A stretch of DNA of 64,000 nt from Kofleriaceae bacterium (lineage in GTDB: Bacteria; Myxococcota_A; Polyangia; Haliangiales; Haliangiaceae). A program made the position numbers and the translations under genes. This document shows, piece after piece, positions 27,208 to 41,483 of this stretch (position 1 is the first letter of the stretch; each line of letters begins with the position of its first letter). The notes beneath the pieces are model-generated. The model was given only the letters and a program-made list of their open reading frames with translations. It was not told the DNA's origin and did not search any database. The stretch lies in the NCBI GenBank assembly GCA_965215005.1, contig CBDCCZ010000012.1, positions 64,001 to 128,000 on the forward strand, written 5' to 3'.

Positions 27208-30200
27208 TTAGCGCAGCGCGGGCGGCGAGACCTGCGGAATCGCCGGATTGAGCCGGTAGACCCCGCCGGCGGCGCTCGCCCTGCCCGCCTCTAAATCTCC
27301 GGCATCCAGGATCCAGAGCCGATTGTCCGGGCCGCGCTCGATGGCCACCGGCAACACCGCCGTCAGCCCCGAGACCATGGGCAAAAACCCGCCCACCACG
27401 TTGAAGCTGATGCGGTAGCCGGGGTACACGGTGCGAAATGGCGGCAGCTCCGCCGGCTCCGGGCGCGGGCACACCGCCTCTGCCGTGGTGTACGGATCGA
27501 CCAGCGTGAGCTGCAGCGACGGGTTTTCGTAGCGTAGGGCCGGGACGTCCTGCCGTACGCGGAATTCGCTGGGCACCGGCTCATCGGGATCATCGGGACA
27601 CATGCCCCCGGGAAGCGCCGGAGCTTGCTCGGCCTGCGCGACCGTGGTCATGCACGGATTGGGCGTGGGAATGGGCCCGAGATCTTCACAGCTCGGCGCC
27701 TCGAGCGGCAAGCGAGAGGTTAACAGCGAACTGCCATTGGGATCGTCGACGCAGGTGCCGGTGACCGGGTCGACGACGGTGTCGTGCAGAAATCCCTGCA
27801 CTGAGCCGATCACCGCAAACGCCTCACCGGCCCGAACCGCATAGCGCTGCAGCGTCTCGACGCACTCTGGGCGTGGCAACACACCCTCGACGCAGAAGCC
27901 GCCCGAGCAGGCCCAGCCATCCTCGCAATCGGCGGTGGCCTCACACGTCATCAAGCAGGTATCGCTACTCGTGGCGCGGGTCGGGTCCGCGGCGCAGGTC
28001 CAAGCAAACTCGTCATCATTGCGCTGCTCGGGATCGGCGAGCGCGGCTTCCACCGCGGCCAGCTGGGTGCACTGCGCCTCGCTCTGGCAGCCGCCAATCG
28101 GCGTGGTGCGCAGGACGCGCCGGCGCTCGCCGAGGACCAGGCGATCGGGAAACACCTCGCGAACCGTATAGCGGCGGCGGGTGGTGAGAACGTCACCACA
28201 GCCAGCGGCGAGCGCATCCGCGCGGCCACTCGGCAGACACAGACCGCTCGCGACGGTCGCGAGAGGATCGACGTAGCAGGTCTGGCCGAGCCCGCACTGC
28301 GCATCGCCTTGATTGGGATCGCACCCGAGCAGCTGCAAGATGTCGAACGGCCGCGCCCCCATGTTGCAGAACGGCGAGCTCGGGTCTTCGATGACGGTGT
28401 CGGCGAGCTGCCGACTCACGAAACCGGCGCGCACCTGCGGCCCGTCGACGTTGCGCGCGGCGTCGTCGAGGGAGATGGTGCCTTCCCACGTGAGCACCCA
28501 CTCCTGCTCGCGCGGCACCGCCGCGAGATCGGGATAAGCTGCCGCGCGCACCGCCGCGTCAGCCTGATACGCCAAGTCGGGAACCGCCAACGGAATGCGC
28601 TCGCCGCCATCGCCGTCCGGCAGGCACTCTTGCGCATGGAGCGAGGGCAGCGCCAACTCGTTGAGCTCATCGACCAGATCGATGCTGCGGACCCGCTGGG
28701 GCGCCGTCGCCAGATGGGGGCCCAGCTCCGCGCTAGTGGGATAGGTACAGAGCCGTTTCTCCCCATCAAACGAGAGCATCGAGCGGTCGGCGCCGGCATC
28801 GCGCACCTGGTGCGGCAGCGCCAAGCTCCAGTATGCCTGTAGCGGCTCAGCGGGCGTCTCGAAGTCGGGATAGCGATCATCGTCGACGTTGATGACCACC
28901 ACGCCGCCCGCGCTGCTGGTCGCATAGGCAAAGGTGCCGACGAAAATTCCGGCCTGAGGCGGCGCGGCGGCTAGGTTGTCGTCGGCATCAACCTCGGTGT
29001 CTCCGTTCACGTCGCGCGCTGGATTATCGCTCAAATCGAGCGTCACAAACGCCAGATCCAGCGGCACCGCGTCCCCGGGAAGCCGGATTCCTGGCGACGA
29101 GGCCAGCGCGCGGCGCGGCGGCGTCTGCTCGCCGCCAACCGGCAAGCACGCCAGCTGTGCGGCATCACGGATGCCGGTGAGGTAGCGCGGGTCGACCTGG
29201 GTGTCGCACTCCGCCAGCAGCGTGCGCACCTCGATCACGCGAATCGTGCCATCGGTGGCGAGGGCATAGACGAACTGAAACTCACCGGCCGACGTCGTGG
29301 AGGTGATACTGCCGCCCATGGCGACGACGGGCGAGAGGTGAACCTGCTCGATGCCTACCCGCCCCTCGAGCTCGACCCGCTGCGACGACACCGGCAAGCC
29401 GGCCGTATCGAGCTCGACGATCGTGAGACCCGGGCGATTCTCCGAGCCGATGAATAGCCGCTGACCGCTGTCATCAAGGGTCACGGTAACCGGCCGCTCG
29501 GGTCCGGTGGTATCTACTTGCCCGGCGAAAGCAATGGGAACCGCGGCGTCGCCGCACTCGTTTTCACAGGCCAGCTCCGCGGTCAGCTCAACGGTGCCGT
29601 CGTCGCCAAACGCCACGCCACCCACCACGTCACCCGTGGCGATATCAACCACCGCGACCGAGCTGCAGCCGGGATAGGCGACGTAGGCCAGTCCCTGGGC
29701 GGTGGCTGGGCACTCCACGCCCACCTCCCCAGCGGCGGGCGAGCCGACCATGGCCCGGGGCCGTGCGAACAGCGGCTGGCCCGCCGCGCGGACGGTGCGA
29801 CGCTCGACCACCGGCAACACGCGGGGATCGACGGCCGAGGCGACATCGATAACCGACAAGTCGCAGCTGCCGGCGTTGGCAGCGACGACGTGGCAACCAC
29901 TGGGCGAGGTAATCAGATCGACCGGCAGCGATCCGATGACGACCGCATTCTTACCCGGCGCGAGAGGATCCGCGTCTAGCACCAGCGAGACCGTCTCGCC
30001 CACGCCAATCGCGGTGCGGACCACGGCCATCGAGCCCGAGTCCTGCTGCAACACGAAGCTATAGAAGGAAGGGTCGTCCGGCGCGCTGCTACCAATGGCG
30101 CCCTGCCCGGGCGGGTCCGCGGGTCGGGCGCTCTCTCCGGAGCCGGTGGACTGGAGCCGTGCTTGGCAGGCGCTCAGCGGCTGTGCGCTAGCGACGATGG

Positions 30201-30378
30201 GGTCGGAGGCCGCACCGGTCTCGCTGCTGGTGATGCGCAGCTCGCCGTAGCAAGCAAACGTGATGGCGCTCGGGCGCTCAATGCTCTGCGACACGAGCGC
30301 CTGGTCATCGTCGGAGCACGCGCTTAGCCCCGCGCCACTCCCGAGGATGAACACCGCCACAACAACTACGCGCTGCAT
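27208..30378 (-). CDS. Large Cys-rich lipoprotein with beta-propeller-like repeats
   Basis: Lipobox [19 protein letters not shown] blades; many Cys pairs; DVNGD acidic loop. Confidence 0.65.
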   Translation of the reverse strand: MQRVVVVAVFILGSGAGLSACSDDDQALVSQSIERPSAITFACYGELRITSSETGAASDPIVASAQPLSACQARLQSTGSGESARPADPPGQGAIGSSAPDDPSFYSFVLQQDSGSMAVVRTAIGVGETVSLVLDADPLAPGKNAVVIGSLPVDLITSPSGCHVVAANAGSCDLSVIDVASAVDPRVLPVVERRTVRAAGQPLFARPRAMVGSPAAGEVGVECPATAQGLAYVAYPGCSSVAVVDIATGDVVGGVAFGDDGTVELTAELACENECGDAAVPIAFAGQVDTTGPERPVTVTLDDSGQRLFIGSENRPGLTIVELDTAGLPVSSQRVELEGRVGIEQVHLSPVVAMGGSITSTTSAGEFQFVYALATDGTIRVIEVRTLLAECDTQVDPRYLTGIRDAAQLACLPVGGEQTPPRRALASSPGIRLPGDAVPLDLAFVTLDLSDNPARDVNGDTEVDADDNLAAAPPQAGIFVGTFAYATSSAGGVVVINVDDDRYPDFETPAEPLQAYWSLALPHQVRDAGADRSMLSFDGEKRLCTYPTSAELGPHLATAPQRVRSIDLVDELNELALPSLHAQECLPDGDGGERIPLAVPDLAYQADAAVRAAAYPDLAAVPREQEWVLTWEGTISLDDAARNVDGPQVRAGFVSRQLADTVIEDPSSPFCNMGARPFDILQLLGCDPNQGDAQCGLGQTCYVDPLATVASGLCLPSGRADALAAGCGDVLTTRRRYTVREVFPDRLVLGERRRVLRTTPIGGCQSEAQCTQLAAVEAALADPEQRNDDEFAWTCAADPTRATSSDTCLMTCEATADCEDGWACSGGFCVEGVLPRPECVETLQRYAVRAGEAFAVIGSVQGFLHDTVVDPVTGTCVDDPNGSSLLTSRLPLEAPSCEDLGPIPTPNPCMTTVAQAEQAPALPGGMCPDDPDEPVPSEFRVRQDVPALRYENPSLQLTLVDPYTTAEAVCPRPEPAELPPFRTVYPGYRISFNVVGGFLPMVSGLTAVLPVAIERGPDNRLWILDAGDLEAGRASAAGGVYRLNPAIPQVSPPALR

Positions 30379-30379
30379 A

Positions 30380-31714
30380 TCACTCGTCTCCTAGCGGCCG
30401 TGGTCGACCCAGGCGCATCACCAGACGGTTCTCGGTGGCAGCACCGGGCGCGAGATCGACGACCGCGATCGTGTCTTCGAGAAAATTGGCGACGTACAGC
30501 AGCTGCTGCTCCGGCGCGACGACCATGGAGTTGGGCCCCCGCCCGACGTCGATGATCGCCAGCAAACTGCTCGCGACGGGGTCGATCACCCAGACCTGCC
30601 CCGACGGATAACAGCTCACGTACACCCGCGGTCCTTCGCCGAGCTCGGCCACGACCAAGGTGGAAGCCTCGCTGCATACTTCGACGGCGCTGACGAGCTC
30701 GTTGCGCGGAAATCCGTCTTCGGCAAGGGTGGTGTCGTACGTCTGCACGGTGGCCGGGCTGAGACCAAGGAAGTGAGCACGGCCACCGTCGCTGGTGAAG
30801 GCGATGGCGCGCGTGTCGATGGAGGAGCGGACGGCATCGAGAAAGAAGAAGTTGCTGCGGACCAGAATCGGCAGGCCGCTCGGTGGCCGGCGCACGGTCA
30901 ACATCTGGATGCGATTCTCCGACCGGCTGGTGACGTAGAGCAGCGTCTGCTCCTCGCCCGGCCGCCGCCCTGCCACTGCCACCGCGCCGCGGATCGTGCT
31001 GCTCTGGCTTGCAAACAGCCCGCCGAGCTCATCGGAGATCACCGGCGGCGCGCCATCGCGAGGCGCCTCTACGAGCGAGACGGTGGCGTTGGAGAGGTGG
31101 GTAACGACCGCATAGCCGCCGGTTGGGTCGACATAGAGGCCAAATGGCTCGCGCTCGAGCACCGGCAGCTCGAGGTCGCCGCGCAGGCGGCTGAGGCGAT
31201 GGTCGTCATCGCAGAGGGGCGCGCGGCCGGTGCCGCCGCACGACAGGTCCCCGGCCTGCGGGTCGTAGTCGAGATAGGTGATCGAGGGGTCGCCGCGAAC
31301 GGCCGCAAACAGCCGCAGCAAGCCCGAATCTAGCGACTGCACCGCGAGCGCGGTGGCGAAGTTGCCGGTTCGCACGGTGGCATCGGCAGCGATGAACGAG
31401 GCCTCGTCGCATTCGAGCACCGCCGGCGTCTCGTCCACCGCGCTGCAGCCCTGGGCCACCTGCTCGCCGTCGACCCAACCGCGCACGACGTCCCGGACCC
31501 GCTCGAGCGGAATCACGGTGATGGTGCCGGAGTCGTAGCGGAGGTCCGAGTTGGCGTTGGCCACGAACAACACAGAGCCGTCGGGCGCCATCGTCAGGCC
31601 GGTGGGAAAGAACAGCTCGTCAATCGGCGGCCGAACCTCTTCCCCCGCGGCGGGACACCCCATGACGAGCGCGGCTATCGAGCTTAGACAAAGGCTAATT
31701 AAGAAGCGGGACAT
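30380..31714 (-). CDS. YncE/YVTN-like beta-propeller lipoprotein
   Basis: Lipobox VMGC; PDGSVLFVANAN, IDVGRGPNSMVV, LLYVANFLEDTIAVVD. Confidence 0.75.
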   Translation of the reverse strand: MSRFLISLCLSSIAALVMGCPAAGEEVRPPIDELFFPTGLTMAPDGSVLFVANANSDLRYDSGTITVIPLERVRDVVRGWVDGEQVAQGCSAVDETPAVLECDEASFIAADATVRTGNFATALAVQSLDSGLLRLFAAVRGDPSITYLDYDPQAGDLSCGGTGRAPLCDDDHRLSRLRGDLELPVLEREPFGLYVDPTGGYAVVTHLSNATVSLVEAPRDGAPPVISDELGGLFASQSSTIRGAVAVAGRRPGEEQTLLYVTSRSENRIQMLTVRRPPSGLPILVRSNFFFLDAVRSSIDTRAIAFTSDGGRAHFLGLSPATVQTYDTTLAEDGFPRNELVSAVEVCSEASTLVVAELGEGPRVYVSCYPSGQVWVIDPVASSLLAIIDVGRGPNSMVVAPEQQLLYVANFLEDTIAVVDLAPGAATENRLVMRLGRPRPLGDE

Positions 31715-31773
31715 TCGCTCACCAGGGCTTGGACTCGATGATCAAAAGGGAGGTTGCCCAGCGCGGGCCAAGG

Positions 31774-34428
<2,655 letters not shown>

Positions 34429-34448
34429 AGATATTCCTTGACCAATCG

Positions 34449-36518
34449 CTAGACGGCGAGCTGGCGAAAGTCGGCGATGCGCGTGAAGGTTGCGTTGATG
34501 CGGCCGAGCAGAGCCAGCCGGTTGGCGCGCACCCCTTCGTCCTCGTCCATCACCAGCACCGCATCAAAAAAGCGATCGACCGGGGTCTTGAGCTCGGCAA
34601 GAATCTGCAGAGAACCGCGATAATCACCAGACCCCAGGCAGGCGCTGGCCCGGCTCTCGATGTCGCCAAAGCCCTTCCAGAGCTCGCGTTCGGCGTCGGC
34701 GACGAAGCGTTCGGGATCGGGATCCGAGCCGGCCCAAGCGTCTTTGAGGATGTTGGCCACCCGCTTGAAAGCAACCGCCAGAGGCTCGAAATCTGGCCGA
34801 GCTCGCAAGCTGGCGACGGCTTGGGCGCGGGCGCGAGTGTCGGGCACGTTGACAAAGCCCGCCTCCATCGCGGCATCGACGCAGTCAGCGGGAAGCGAGC
34901 TGCCCTCGACCAAGAGGCCCTTGAAACGCGTGCGCAAGAAGCTGAGCACCTCGTTCCGACACGCCTCATCGGCAGGCACGAATGAGCTCAGCTCGCCTGC
35001 CGCCAGCTCCACCAGCTCCGTGAGCGGCACGGTCCAGCCGCGCTCGAGGAGGATTGCGAGTATCGCCAGGGCCGCGCGCCGCAGCCCGTAGGGATCGGCG
35101 GAGCCGGTCGGCTGCAATCCCGCGGCGAAGCAGCCAACGAGAGTATCGAGACGATCGGCAACGCCCACGACGGCGCCGAGGGCTCCACTCGGCAGCGCAT
35201 CGCTGGCGCCACGCGGCAAGTAGTGCTCAAAGATGCCATCAGCGATGTCACTTGGCTCGCCCGAGGCGCGCGCGTAATGGCGGCCCATCACGCCCTGCAG
35301 CTCGGGAAACTCGAACACCATGTGGGTCACGAGGTCGGCCTTGGCCAGCTCGGCCACCCGCGCTGCCGCGGCGGGGTCGACCGCGAGCCGCTCCGCCAAC
35401 CGCGACGCGATGACTTTCACGCGACCGACCTTGTCGCCGATGCTGCCGAGCTTGGACTGAAAGACGACGTCGGCGAGTTTTTCACCCCAGCTCGCTAGGC
35501 TCTGCTTGCGGTCTTCGCGAAAGAAGAACTGGGCGTCGGCCAGGCGAGCGGCGAGCACCCGCTGGTTGCCGCGGCGGACCACCTCGGGGCTGCGGGTGAT
35601 GGTGCCGGCGATGGTCACGAAGCGGTTGGCGAGAGCGCCGCTGGCATCTTCCATGGCGAAGTACCGCTGATGAGCGCGCATCGCCGACACGATGACCTCC
35701 TCGGGAACCTCGAGGAATCCCGCATCGAACTCGCCGCATACGCCCACGGGGTACTCGACGAGGTTGGCGACCTCGGCCACGAGTCGATCATCCACCCGCA
35801 CCACCAGGCCGGTCTCCTCGGCGATTCGCGCGAGCTCGGCGCGCACCATGTCGCGCCGAACCTCGGCAGAGACGATGACAAAGGCCTTGCGCAGCGCTTC
35901 GCGGTAGGATTCGGCGGTGACCTCGATTGGCTCGGGGGCCAGGAATCGGTGCCCAAGGCTGGTGGTGCCGGCGCGAATGCCGGCGAACTCGAGCGGCAGC
36001 GTGGTGGTGCCGAGACGAGCCACGAGCCACCGCACCGGCCGCACGAATGGCTGCTCGCCCGCGCCCCAGCGCATGGATTTGGCCCATGGCAACTCGACGA
36101 GCAGCTCGTGCAGCAGCGCAGCGAGGATCTCGGAGGCTGGTTTTCCGGCCTCGCGACGAGTACACACGACGTACTCGCCCTTCTTGCCCTCGACCTCACG
36201 GCGCTCCAGAGCGCTCACCTGCACGCCGCTGCGCTCCGCGAAGCCGATCGCGGCCTTGGTCGGCGCTCCGGTGGCGTCGAAGGCGACCCGCGCCGGCGGC
36301 CCGACGACCTCCTCTGATAGGTCGCGCTGGCGATCCTCGAGCTCGAGGACCAGGACCGCCAAGCGTCGCGGCGTACCGAGGACGTGCACCGCGCCGTGGG
36401 CCAGCCGCGCCTCGACGAGGCGAAGCGGCAGCTGCCGGCCGAGCTCGGCCAACGCGCGCTCGAGAGCGGCGGCAGGAATCTCTTCGACTCCCACCTCGAA
36501 CAACAAGTCAGCGGGCAT
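34449..36518 (-). CDS. glyS: Glycine--tRNA ligase beta subunit
   Basis: [41 protein letters not shown]; start overlaps the glyQ stop. Confidence 0.96.
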   Translation of the reverse strand: MPADLLFEVGVEEIPAAALERALAELGRQLPLRLVEARLAHGAVHVLGTPRRLAVLVLELEDRQRDLSEEVVGPPARVAFDATGAPTKAAIGFAERSGVQVSALERREVEGKKGEYVVCTRREAGKPASEILAALLHELLVELPWAKSMRWGAGEQPFVRPVRWLVARLGTTTLPLEFAGIRAGTTSLGHRFLAPEPIEVTAESYREALRKAFVIVSAEVRRDMVRAELARIAEETGLVVRVDDRLVAEVANLVEYPVGVCGEFDAGFLEVPEEVIVSAMRAHQRYFAMEDASGALANRFVTIAGTITRSPEVVRRGNQRVLAARLADAQFFFREDRKQSLASWGEKLADVVFQSKLGSIGDKVGRVKVIASRLAERLAVDPAAAARVAELAKADLVTHMVFEFPELQGVMGRHYARASGEPSDIADGIFEHYLPRGASDALPSGALGAVVGVADRLDTLVGCFAAGLQPTGSADPYGLRRAALAILAILLERGWTVPLTELVELAAGELSSFVPADEACRNEVLSFLRTRFKGLLVEGSSLPADCVDAAMEAGFVNVPDTRARAQAVASLRARPDFEPLAVAFKRVANILKDAWAGSDPDPERFVADAERELWKGFGDIESRASACLGSGDYRGSLQILAELKTPVDRFFDAVLVMDEDEGVRANRLALLGRINATFTRIADFRQLAV

Positions 36519-37506
36519 GAGCAACCTCAGCGGGGCGCTCGAGAGGGGCGGCGATGGCACGAGCGGCCGCCAGCGCCGCGGCATTGACGCCGTGCTCAAT
36601 CGCGGCATCGAAGGCGTCTTTGGCCGCGCGTCCGGCTTCTGGCGCTAGCAACGGAAACCCTAGCTGCGCGCGGCTGCGAACGTATCCCTCGGCGCACGTG
36701 CGAGCCAGATTTCGAACCCGGCCGATATAGCGCTGCCGCTCGGTCACGCTGATGGCGCCGCGGGCGTCGAGCACATTAAACGTGTGTGAGCACTTCATGC
36801 AGTAGTCGTAGCCGGGCAGGACCAGTCCTAGCGCGCTGAGCCGTTTGCTCTCGGCTTCGAACTTGTCAAACAGCTCGAACCCGAGCGCGGTGTCGGCGTG
36901 CTCGAAGTGCAGCTGGGAAAACTCGACCTCTTCCTGATGTCGAACCTGGCCATAGCGCACGTGGGCGTTCCACTGCAGATCATAAATGCTGTCGACGTCT
37001 TGCAGATACATCGCCAGGCGCTCGATCCCGAGCGTGATTTCGGCCGTGACGGGCATGAGATCGATGCCGCCCGCTTGCTGAAAATAGGTGAACTGAGTGA
37101 TCTCCATGCCGTCGGCCCAGACCTCCCAGCCGAGCCCCCACGCGCCGAGGGTTGGGCCCTCCCAGTCGTCCTCGACGAAGCGAATGTCGTGCTCGAGCGG
37201 ATCGAGCCCGATGCGCCGCAGCATGTCGAGATAGAGCTCTTGCACGTTGGGCGGCGAGGGCTTGAGGCCGACCTGAAACTGAAAATAGGCGCCCATGCGG
37301 TTGGGGTTTTCACCGTAGCGGCCATCGCTCGGACGACGGCAGAGCTGGGTGAACGCGACGTTGTACGGCTCGGGGCCGAGAACTCGCAGAAACGTTGCCG
37401 GATGAAAGGTGCCGGCGCCAACCTCGAGGTCGACAGGCTGCTGAATGAGGCAGCCGTTCTCGGCCCAAAACCGTTGAAGCTCAAGGATCAGGTCTTGCAG
37501 GTACAT
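36508..37506 (-). CDS. glyQ: Glycine--tRNA ligase alpha subunit
   Basis: [44 protein letters not shown]. Confidence 0.97.
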   Translation of the reverse strand: MYLQDLILELQRFWAENGCLIQQPVDLEVGAGTFHPATFLRVLGPEPYNVAFTQLCRRPSDGRYGENPNRMGAYFQFQVGLKPSPPNVQELYLDMLRRIGLDPLEHDIRFVEDDWEGPTLGAWGLGWEVWADGMEITQFTYFQQAGGIDLMPVTAEITLGIERLAMYLQDVDSIYDLQWNAHVRYGQVRHQEEVEFSQLHFEHADTALGFELFDKFEAESKRLSALGLVLPGYDYCMKCSHTFNVLDARGAISVTERQRYIGRVRNLARTCAEGYVRSRAQLGFPLLAPEAGRAAKDAFDAAIEHGVNAAALAAARAIAAPLERPAEVAHAR

Positions 37507-37530
37507 AGGTCTCGCCGAGGGAATCGCGGC

Positions 37531-37559
37531 ACCGTAACAGAGCGGTCAGCACCGGTCAA
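37531..37559 (-). promoter_or_regulatory. Putative glyQ promoter
   Basis: TTGACC-17 bp-TACGGT with an extended TG, 24 nt before the ATG. Confidence 0.5.
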
Positions 37560-37691
37560 TAGAACGTAGGACCACGAAAATCTTGATGATATCGGTTCGC
37601 TGCGCGGCCGCGTCTGGGTGAATTTCGGAAGCGGATGAAGCGGCTGACGCTGCTATCGAAATCATCCCCCCGGCAAGCCGCTGCTATCGCT

Positions 37692-38327
37692 CTATAGATC
37701 GATGAGCCCATCCGAGCCGTTTCGCGGACCGGGCGGCTTTTCACGTTCCCGGCGCGGTGGTCGCGGCACGGGCTGCAGCTCGATGGTCACCAGTTGATCC
37801 GCTCGCACGACGCGTTGGTCCTGCCATGCCCGATAGCCACGGGCACGCGCCGCGATGGCGACCGTCCGCTCGCCCCCCTCCCCCAGCTCGAGGACCACCG
37901 CCCGCTCGGATACCGGCACGCCGTCCACGGTGATGGCAACCTCGGCCGCGGCGGGCTGCACCGCGAACCGCAGCGACGCAGTCGCCGGTAGCGCGGCGTC
38001 CGCTGGCGCCACTGCCACCGGCCGCTGCTCGGCAACGCCCGCATCGACCGGTGGTCGAGCCTCCCTAGCGAGAGCCGCATCCGGTGGTGGCGCGAGCCCT
38101 TCTGCGCTGGCGGCAGGCGCCGGTGGGCGCACGATCATGAGTCCGCTGAAGACGCCCACTGCCAGACCGACCGACACCACGATGGGCAATGCTTTGCCGG
38201 CTGGAGCGCCACGGCCTGCCGGCCCAGCGGGCGGGCCCGAGGGATACCCACCAGGCGATGGATACGCCCCCGATGCGGCGGTGGAAGGTGGCCAGCTGGT
38301 TGGTTTCTGCCCCGAAGGTTTCATCAT
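37692..38327 (-). CDS. Hypothetical bitopic protein with PEGA-like C-terminal domain
   Basis: Pro-rich N-terminus, TM, AITVDG...ARARGY beta-sandwich pattern. Confidence 0.6.
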   Translation of the reverse strand: MMKPSGQKPTSWPPSTAASGAYPSPGGYPSGPPAGPAGRGAPAGKALPIVVSVGLAVGVFSGLMIVRPPAPAASAEGLAPPPDAALAREARPPVDAGVAEQRPVAVAPADAALPATASLRFAVQPAAAEVAITVDGVPVSERAVVLELGEGGERTVAIAARARGYRAWQDQRVVRADQLVTIELQPVPRPPRREREKPPGPRNGSDGLIDL

Positions 38328-38407
38328 CACGCCTCGCTGCGGGTCCACGCTAACAGAAGCGCCGAACCACAGCCACGCCGGCAGCCCCACAGCCGAGAGC
38401 ACCGCGC

Positions 38408-39196
38408 TCAGCGGCCGCGTCGAGCCTGGGCGGTGGCGACCTTGGTGAAGAACTGCAGCGAGCGCAGCGGCTTGCCGACGTGCCCGAGAATCAGCGAGAC
38501 CACCGCATCGCGGCCCTCGCGAGCGCCCGGCTGGTCAACGCCGAGCGCGTGCGCCGCGGTCAATGTCTCAGCGCGGCCGAAGGCAAGCAGCGCGAGGCGA
38601 GCGTCGAGCGACAGCGGCCGGATGCCCGCGCCTCTAGCATTGGCCGCGCACCCAGCACAGAGGATGCCGCCGCGCTCGGGGTCAAGGACGACGCCGGTGG
38701 CGAGGGCATCGGTGCGCTCGCAAGCGACGCAGCGGTCGAGAATGGGCGCCACCCCGAGCAGCTCGAGCAGCCGCAGCTCGAAGGCCCGCAGCACCGGCGG
38801 CGACGCGCCATGCTCGCGCAGCGCCGCGAACAGCGCGAGCAGGAGCGCGAGCACGTGCGGATCGGGCTGCTCGGCAGCGGTGAGCTCGCGAACCAGCTCG
38901 ATGCCGTAGCTGCCGTGCGCGAGCGTTGCGACGTCGGCAGCTAGCACCTGGAAGTCGTCACGCAGGCTCGCTTCGGCCAGCGTCCAAAGCTCGCTTGCCC
39001 CGCGGCGTCGGAGCGCGACCGCCGATACGGTGAAGAGCTCGAGCGCCGCGCCAAAGCGCCGCCGTGAACGTCGAGCACCGCGCGCCATGGCCGAGAGGCG
39101 TCCGTGACTGGCGGTGTACAGCGTCACCACCAGATCCGCCTCGCGATACGGCACCGCGCGCAACACCACCGCGTCCGTGACCACCGCTTCGCTCAT
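38408..39196 (-). CDS. recO: DNA repair protein RecO
   Basis: VVLRAVPYREADLVVTLYT, ARGARRSRRRF, CVAC...CAGC Zn finger; upstream of glyQ. Confidence 0.93.
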   Translation of the reverse strand: MSEAVVTDAVVLRAVPYREADLVVTLYTASHGRLSAMARGARRSRRRFGAALELFTVSAVALRRRGASELWTLAEASLRDDFQVLAADVATLAHGSYGIELVRELTAAEQPDPHVLALLLALFAALREHGASPPVLRAFELRLLELLGVAPILDRCVACERTDALATGVVLDPERGGILCAGCAANARGAGIRPLSLDARLALLAFGRAETLTAAHALGVDQPGAREGRDAVVSLILGHVGKPLRSLQFFTKVATAQARRGR

Positions 39197-39269
39197 CGCA
39201 GCTGCGAGCATGCCGCAAACGCAGCGATAACGCAGCCTCGGGGCGATCGCCCCAGTGATTGTTGCGTTG

Positions 39270-40379
39270 CTAGCGGCTCCCAACCGCCGGAGTGCCGGGA
39301 TCGAGCTGGGTGATGCCGTCACCGGTGTAGCTGGGTCGGCGCATGAGGTAACTCATGGTGATCGTGGCGACGATAACCAGGATGATCACGGCCAACGTGA
39401 GAGCGCCGCGACGGGGGCCGGCATCGGCGTCGAGAAGAGCGGCGGGCATAGACATCCGCGTCGAGGCATCGCGCTCGGGAACCGCGGCGCGCTCCACCTG
39501 CGCGCGCTCGGCGACGTCTGGGTTGGCGTCGTCTATGAGCAAGGTTGGCCGCGGCAGCACCACTGGCGCCGGCGACCGCGGGGTTGCCTTGACCGCCGAG
39601 GCGCCAGCCGGCGACAACGGGGGCGCGCCAGCCGGTTCTGCCGGCGAGAGCTGGGTTGCCTTGACCGCCGAGACGCCGGCCGGGGCGACGTCAGCCGCGA
39701 GCTCGCTGCACGAGTCGTGGCGCGGCGCGCCGCCGTCGCGACGCGGCGCGCTGCTACCACGGGCGTGGCGCTTCTTGCGCCGCCGCCCTCGCCCGCGCTT
39801 AGCAGCTTGATTGGTCACGATTACAGGCGCCGCAGCAGCTTGACCCGTGGCGCTCTCGAGATGCTCCGAAGAATGATGCTCCGGCAACGCCGCGCTCGGA
39901 GCAGCATCTTCGCTGGGCACCGGCGGAATGGCCAAGGCCGCGGTCGAGCCATGGGCGAAGCAAGCGTCTGACTCCGTGTCGGCCGGCCGCGGCGAGGGAG
40001 TCGAGCCGCCGATCCGGCTAGCCGCAACCGCGTGCTCGGGCGCCAGCCTTGCCATCGCTTCTAACAGCGCCTGCGCTTGCGGCGACGCCACCGGCGCCGG
40101 AGACAATCCGCACTGCGCATACCGCTGCACCGTGGCTTCGGCGTCGATTCCCACGCACCGCGCGTAGGAGCGCAAAAATCCGCGGATGAACACATCCGCC
40201 GGCAGCTCTTCGAAGGCGCCGGCCTCGAGCTGCTCGAGCGAGCGCGCGGGAATCCGCGTGATGCGCGCGATATCGTCGATAGAGATCGCCTGCGCTTGCC
40301 GGCGTTGTTTTAGGTACGCGCAAAAGCCAGCTCGTGAGGCAGCCGGCGCGTTGGCGTGACTATCGGAGCGCTCGTTCAT
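39270..40379 (-). CDS. RodZ-like HTH membrane protein
   Basis: IDDIARITRIP...LEAG...LPADVFIRGFLRSYA HTH; low-complexity linker; C-terminal TM. Confidence 0.8.
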   Translation of the reverse strand: MNERSDSHANAPAASRAGFCAYLKQRRQAQAISIDDIARITRIPARSLEQLEAGAFEELPADVFIRGFLRSYARCVGIDAEATVQRYAQCGLSPAPVASPQAQALLEAMARLAPEHAVAASRIGGSTPSPRPADTESDACFAHGSTAALAIPPVPSEDAAPSAALPEHHSSEHLESATGQAAAAPVIVTNQAAKRGRGRRRKKRHARGSSAPRRDGGAPRHDSCSELAADVAPAGVSAVKATQLSPAEPAGAPPLSPAGASAVKATPRSPAPVVLPRPTLLIDDANPDVAERAQVERAAVPERDASTRMSMPAALLDADAGPRRGALTLAVIILVIVATITMSYLMRRPSYTGDGITQLDPGTPAVGSR

Positions 40380-40416
40380 CGCTAACTCGCAAGGTCCGTT
40401 CGCGGCATGGAGACCA

Positions 40417-41334
40417 TCATGGCGCCAGGGCCCGACATTGAGCGGCCACACAGCTTCGGGGCGCCAATGCAGCGCAGCGCTGGGCCGCCACGGCGAGGTC
40501 ATCGGGGCGCGCGAGCTGCCGCATGGTCCTCATGAGATACAGGTGCGCCTCTTGGAGAGGACAGTCAGACTGTTGCGTAACGTACTGAAACTTTTCGAGC
40601 GCTTTTTCCCACTCTTTGCGGGCGAAGTAAACCCTGCCGAGACGATAGTTGGCGACGCACATTCCGGGCTGAAATTGCTCCGCTTGCCGCAACTCCGTCG
40701 CCGCCCCAACGTAGTCGCCGCGATGAAAGTGCGCCCATCCGAGATTGGCCCGCACCAGGCCGATGTTGTTCAAGCGACCAGGCTTGGCAAGCGCCTCCTG
40801 CAGGTGCCGCGCAGCGTCGTCGTAACGCTCGAGCGCGATCGCGACCACGCCGCGATTGGCGCGCGCCTCGCCATAGTCGGCGCTGAGCTCGGCGGCGGCG
40901 GCAAAATGCGCATCGGCCTGCCGCAGATGCGCATCCATTTCCGCGCGTAGCGCCTCGGCGTCGACGCCGGTTAGGCAATCGTCGATCTCCACGAGCCGAA
41001 GCTCACCGAGCGCGTGCATCAAGTCCAAGAGTCCGAGGAGATTCATGGCCTCGTCGTTGCTGGCGTCGTAACCGAGCGCCTTCTGCGCCTCTTGTTCGGC
41101 CGCTTCGATCGCGCCTTTGGAGAGGAAATCTTTGGCTAGATCCAAGCGCGTGTTGCTCTTGTTGCGATCCGCGGCGTGATGGGCGCAGCCGAGAAGCAGA
41201 ACGATTGCCGCAAGAGTGAGACCCGCCGCGCCCGAGGCGACCCGCGCGCGGCGCACGACCAGCGCGCGAGGCTGTCGCGCTGCCTTCGGCGTGGAGAGTC
41301 GTGACCTAGCAAGATGACCCATAACGTGCAGCAA
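40417..41334 (-). CDS. TPR lipoprotein, Tgl/PilF-like secretin pilotin
   Basis: Lipobox LLGC, several TPRs (EARANRGVV, RANLGWAHF, YRLGRVYF), Cys pairs; upstream of the rodZ-like gene; start uncertain. Confidence 0.7.
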   Translation of the reverse strand: MLHVMGHLARSRLSTPKAARQPRALVVRRARVASGAAGLTLAAIVLLLGCAHHAADRNKSNTRLDLAKDFLSKGAIEAAEQEAQKALGYDASNDEAMNLLGLLDLMHALGELRLVEIDDCLTGVDAEALRAEMDAHLRQADAHFAAAAELSADYGEARANRGVVAIALERYDDAARHLQEALAKPGRLNNIGLVRANLGWAHFHRGDYVGAATELRQAEQFQPGMCVANYRLGRVYFARKEWEKALEKFQYVTQQSDCPLQEAHLYLMRTMRQLARPDDLAVAAQRCAALAPRSCVAAQCRALAP

Positions 41335-41483
41335 CCTCTGCCGACCGCCATCGCAGCTGTGGCCGACCTCCGGATTGTAACACCATGCGCCGGTAACTCG
41401 TGGCGCATGCGCACCTCGTAAACCGGCATGTGCCTGCTCTGCGAGTGATTTGGGTGCAGGCGAACATGCTATGTTCGCTGCGC

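Noticed and set aside
37507..37691. T-box riboswitch upstream of glyQ
   Set aside because: No T-box consensus or terminator, and a promoter-like sequence lies only about 25 nt from the start codon
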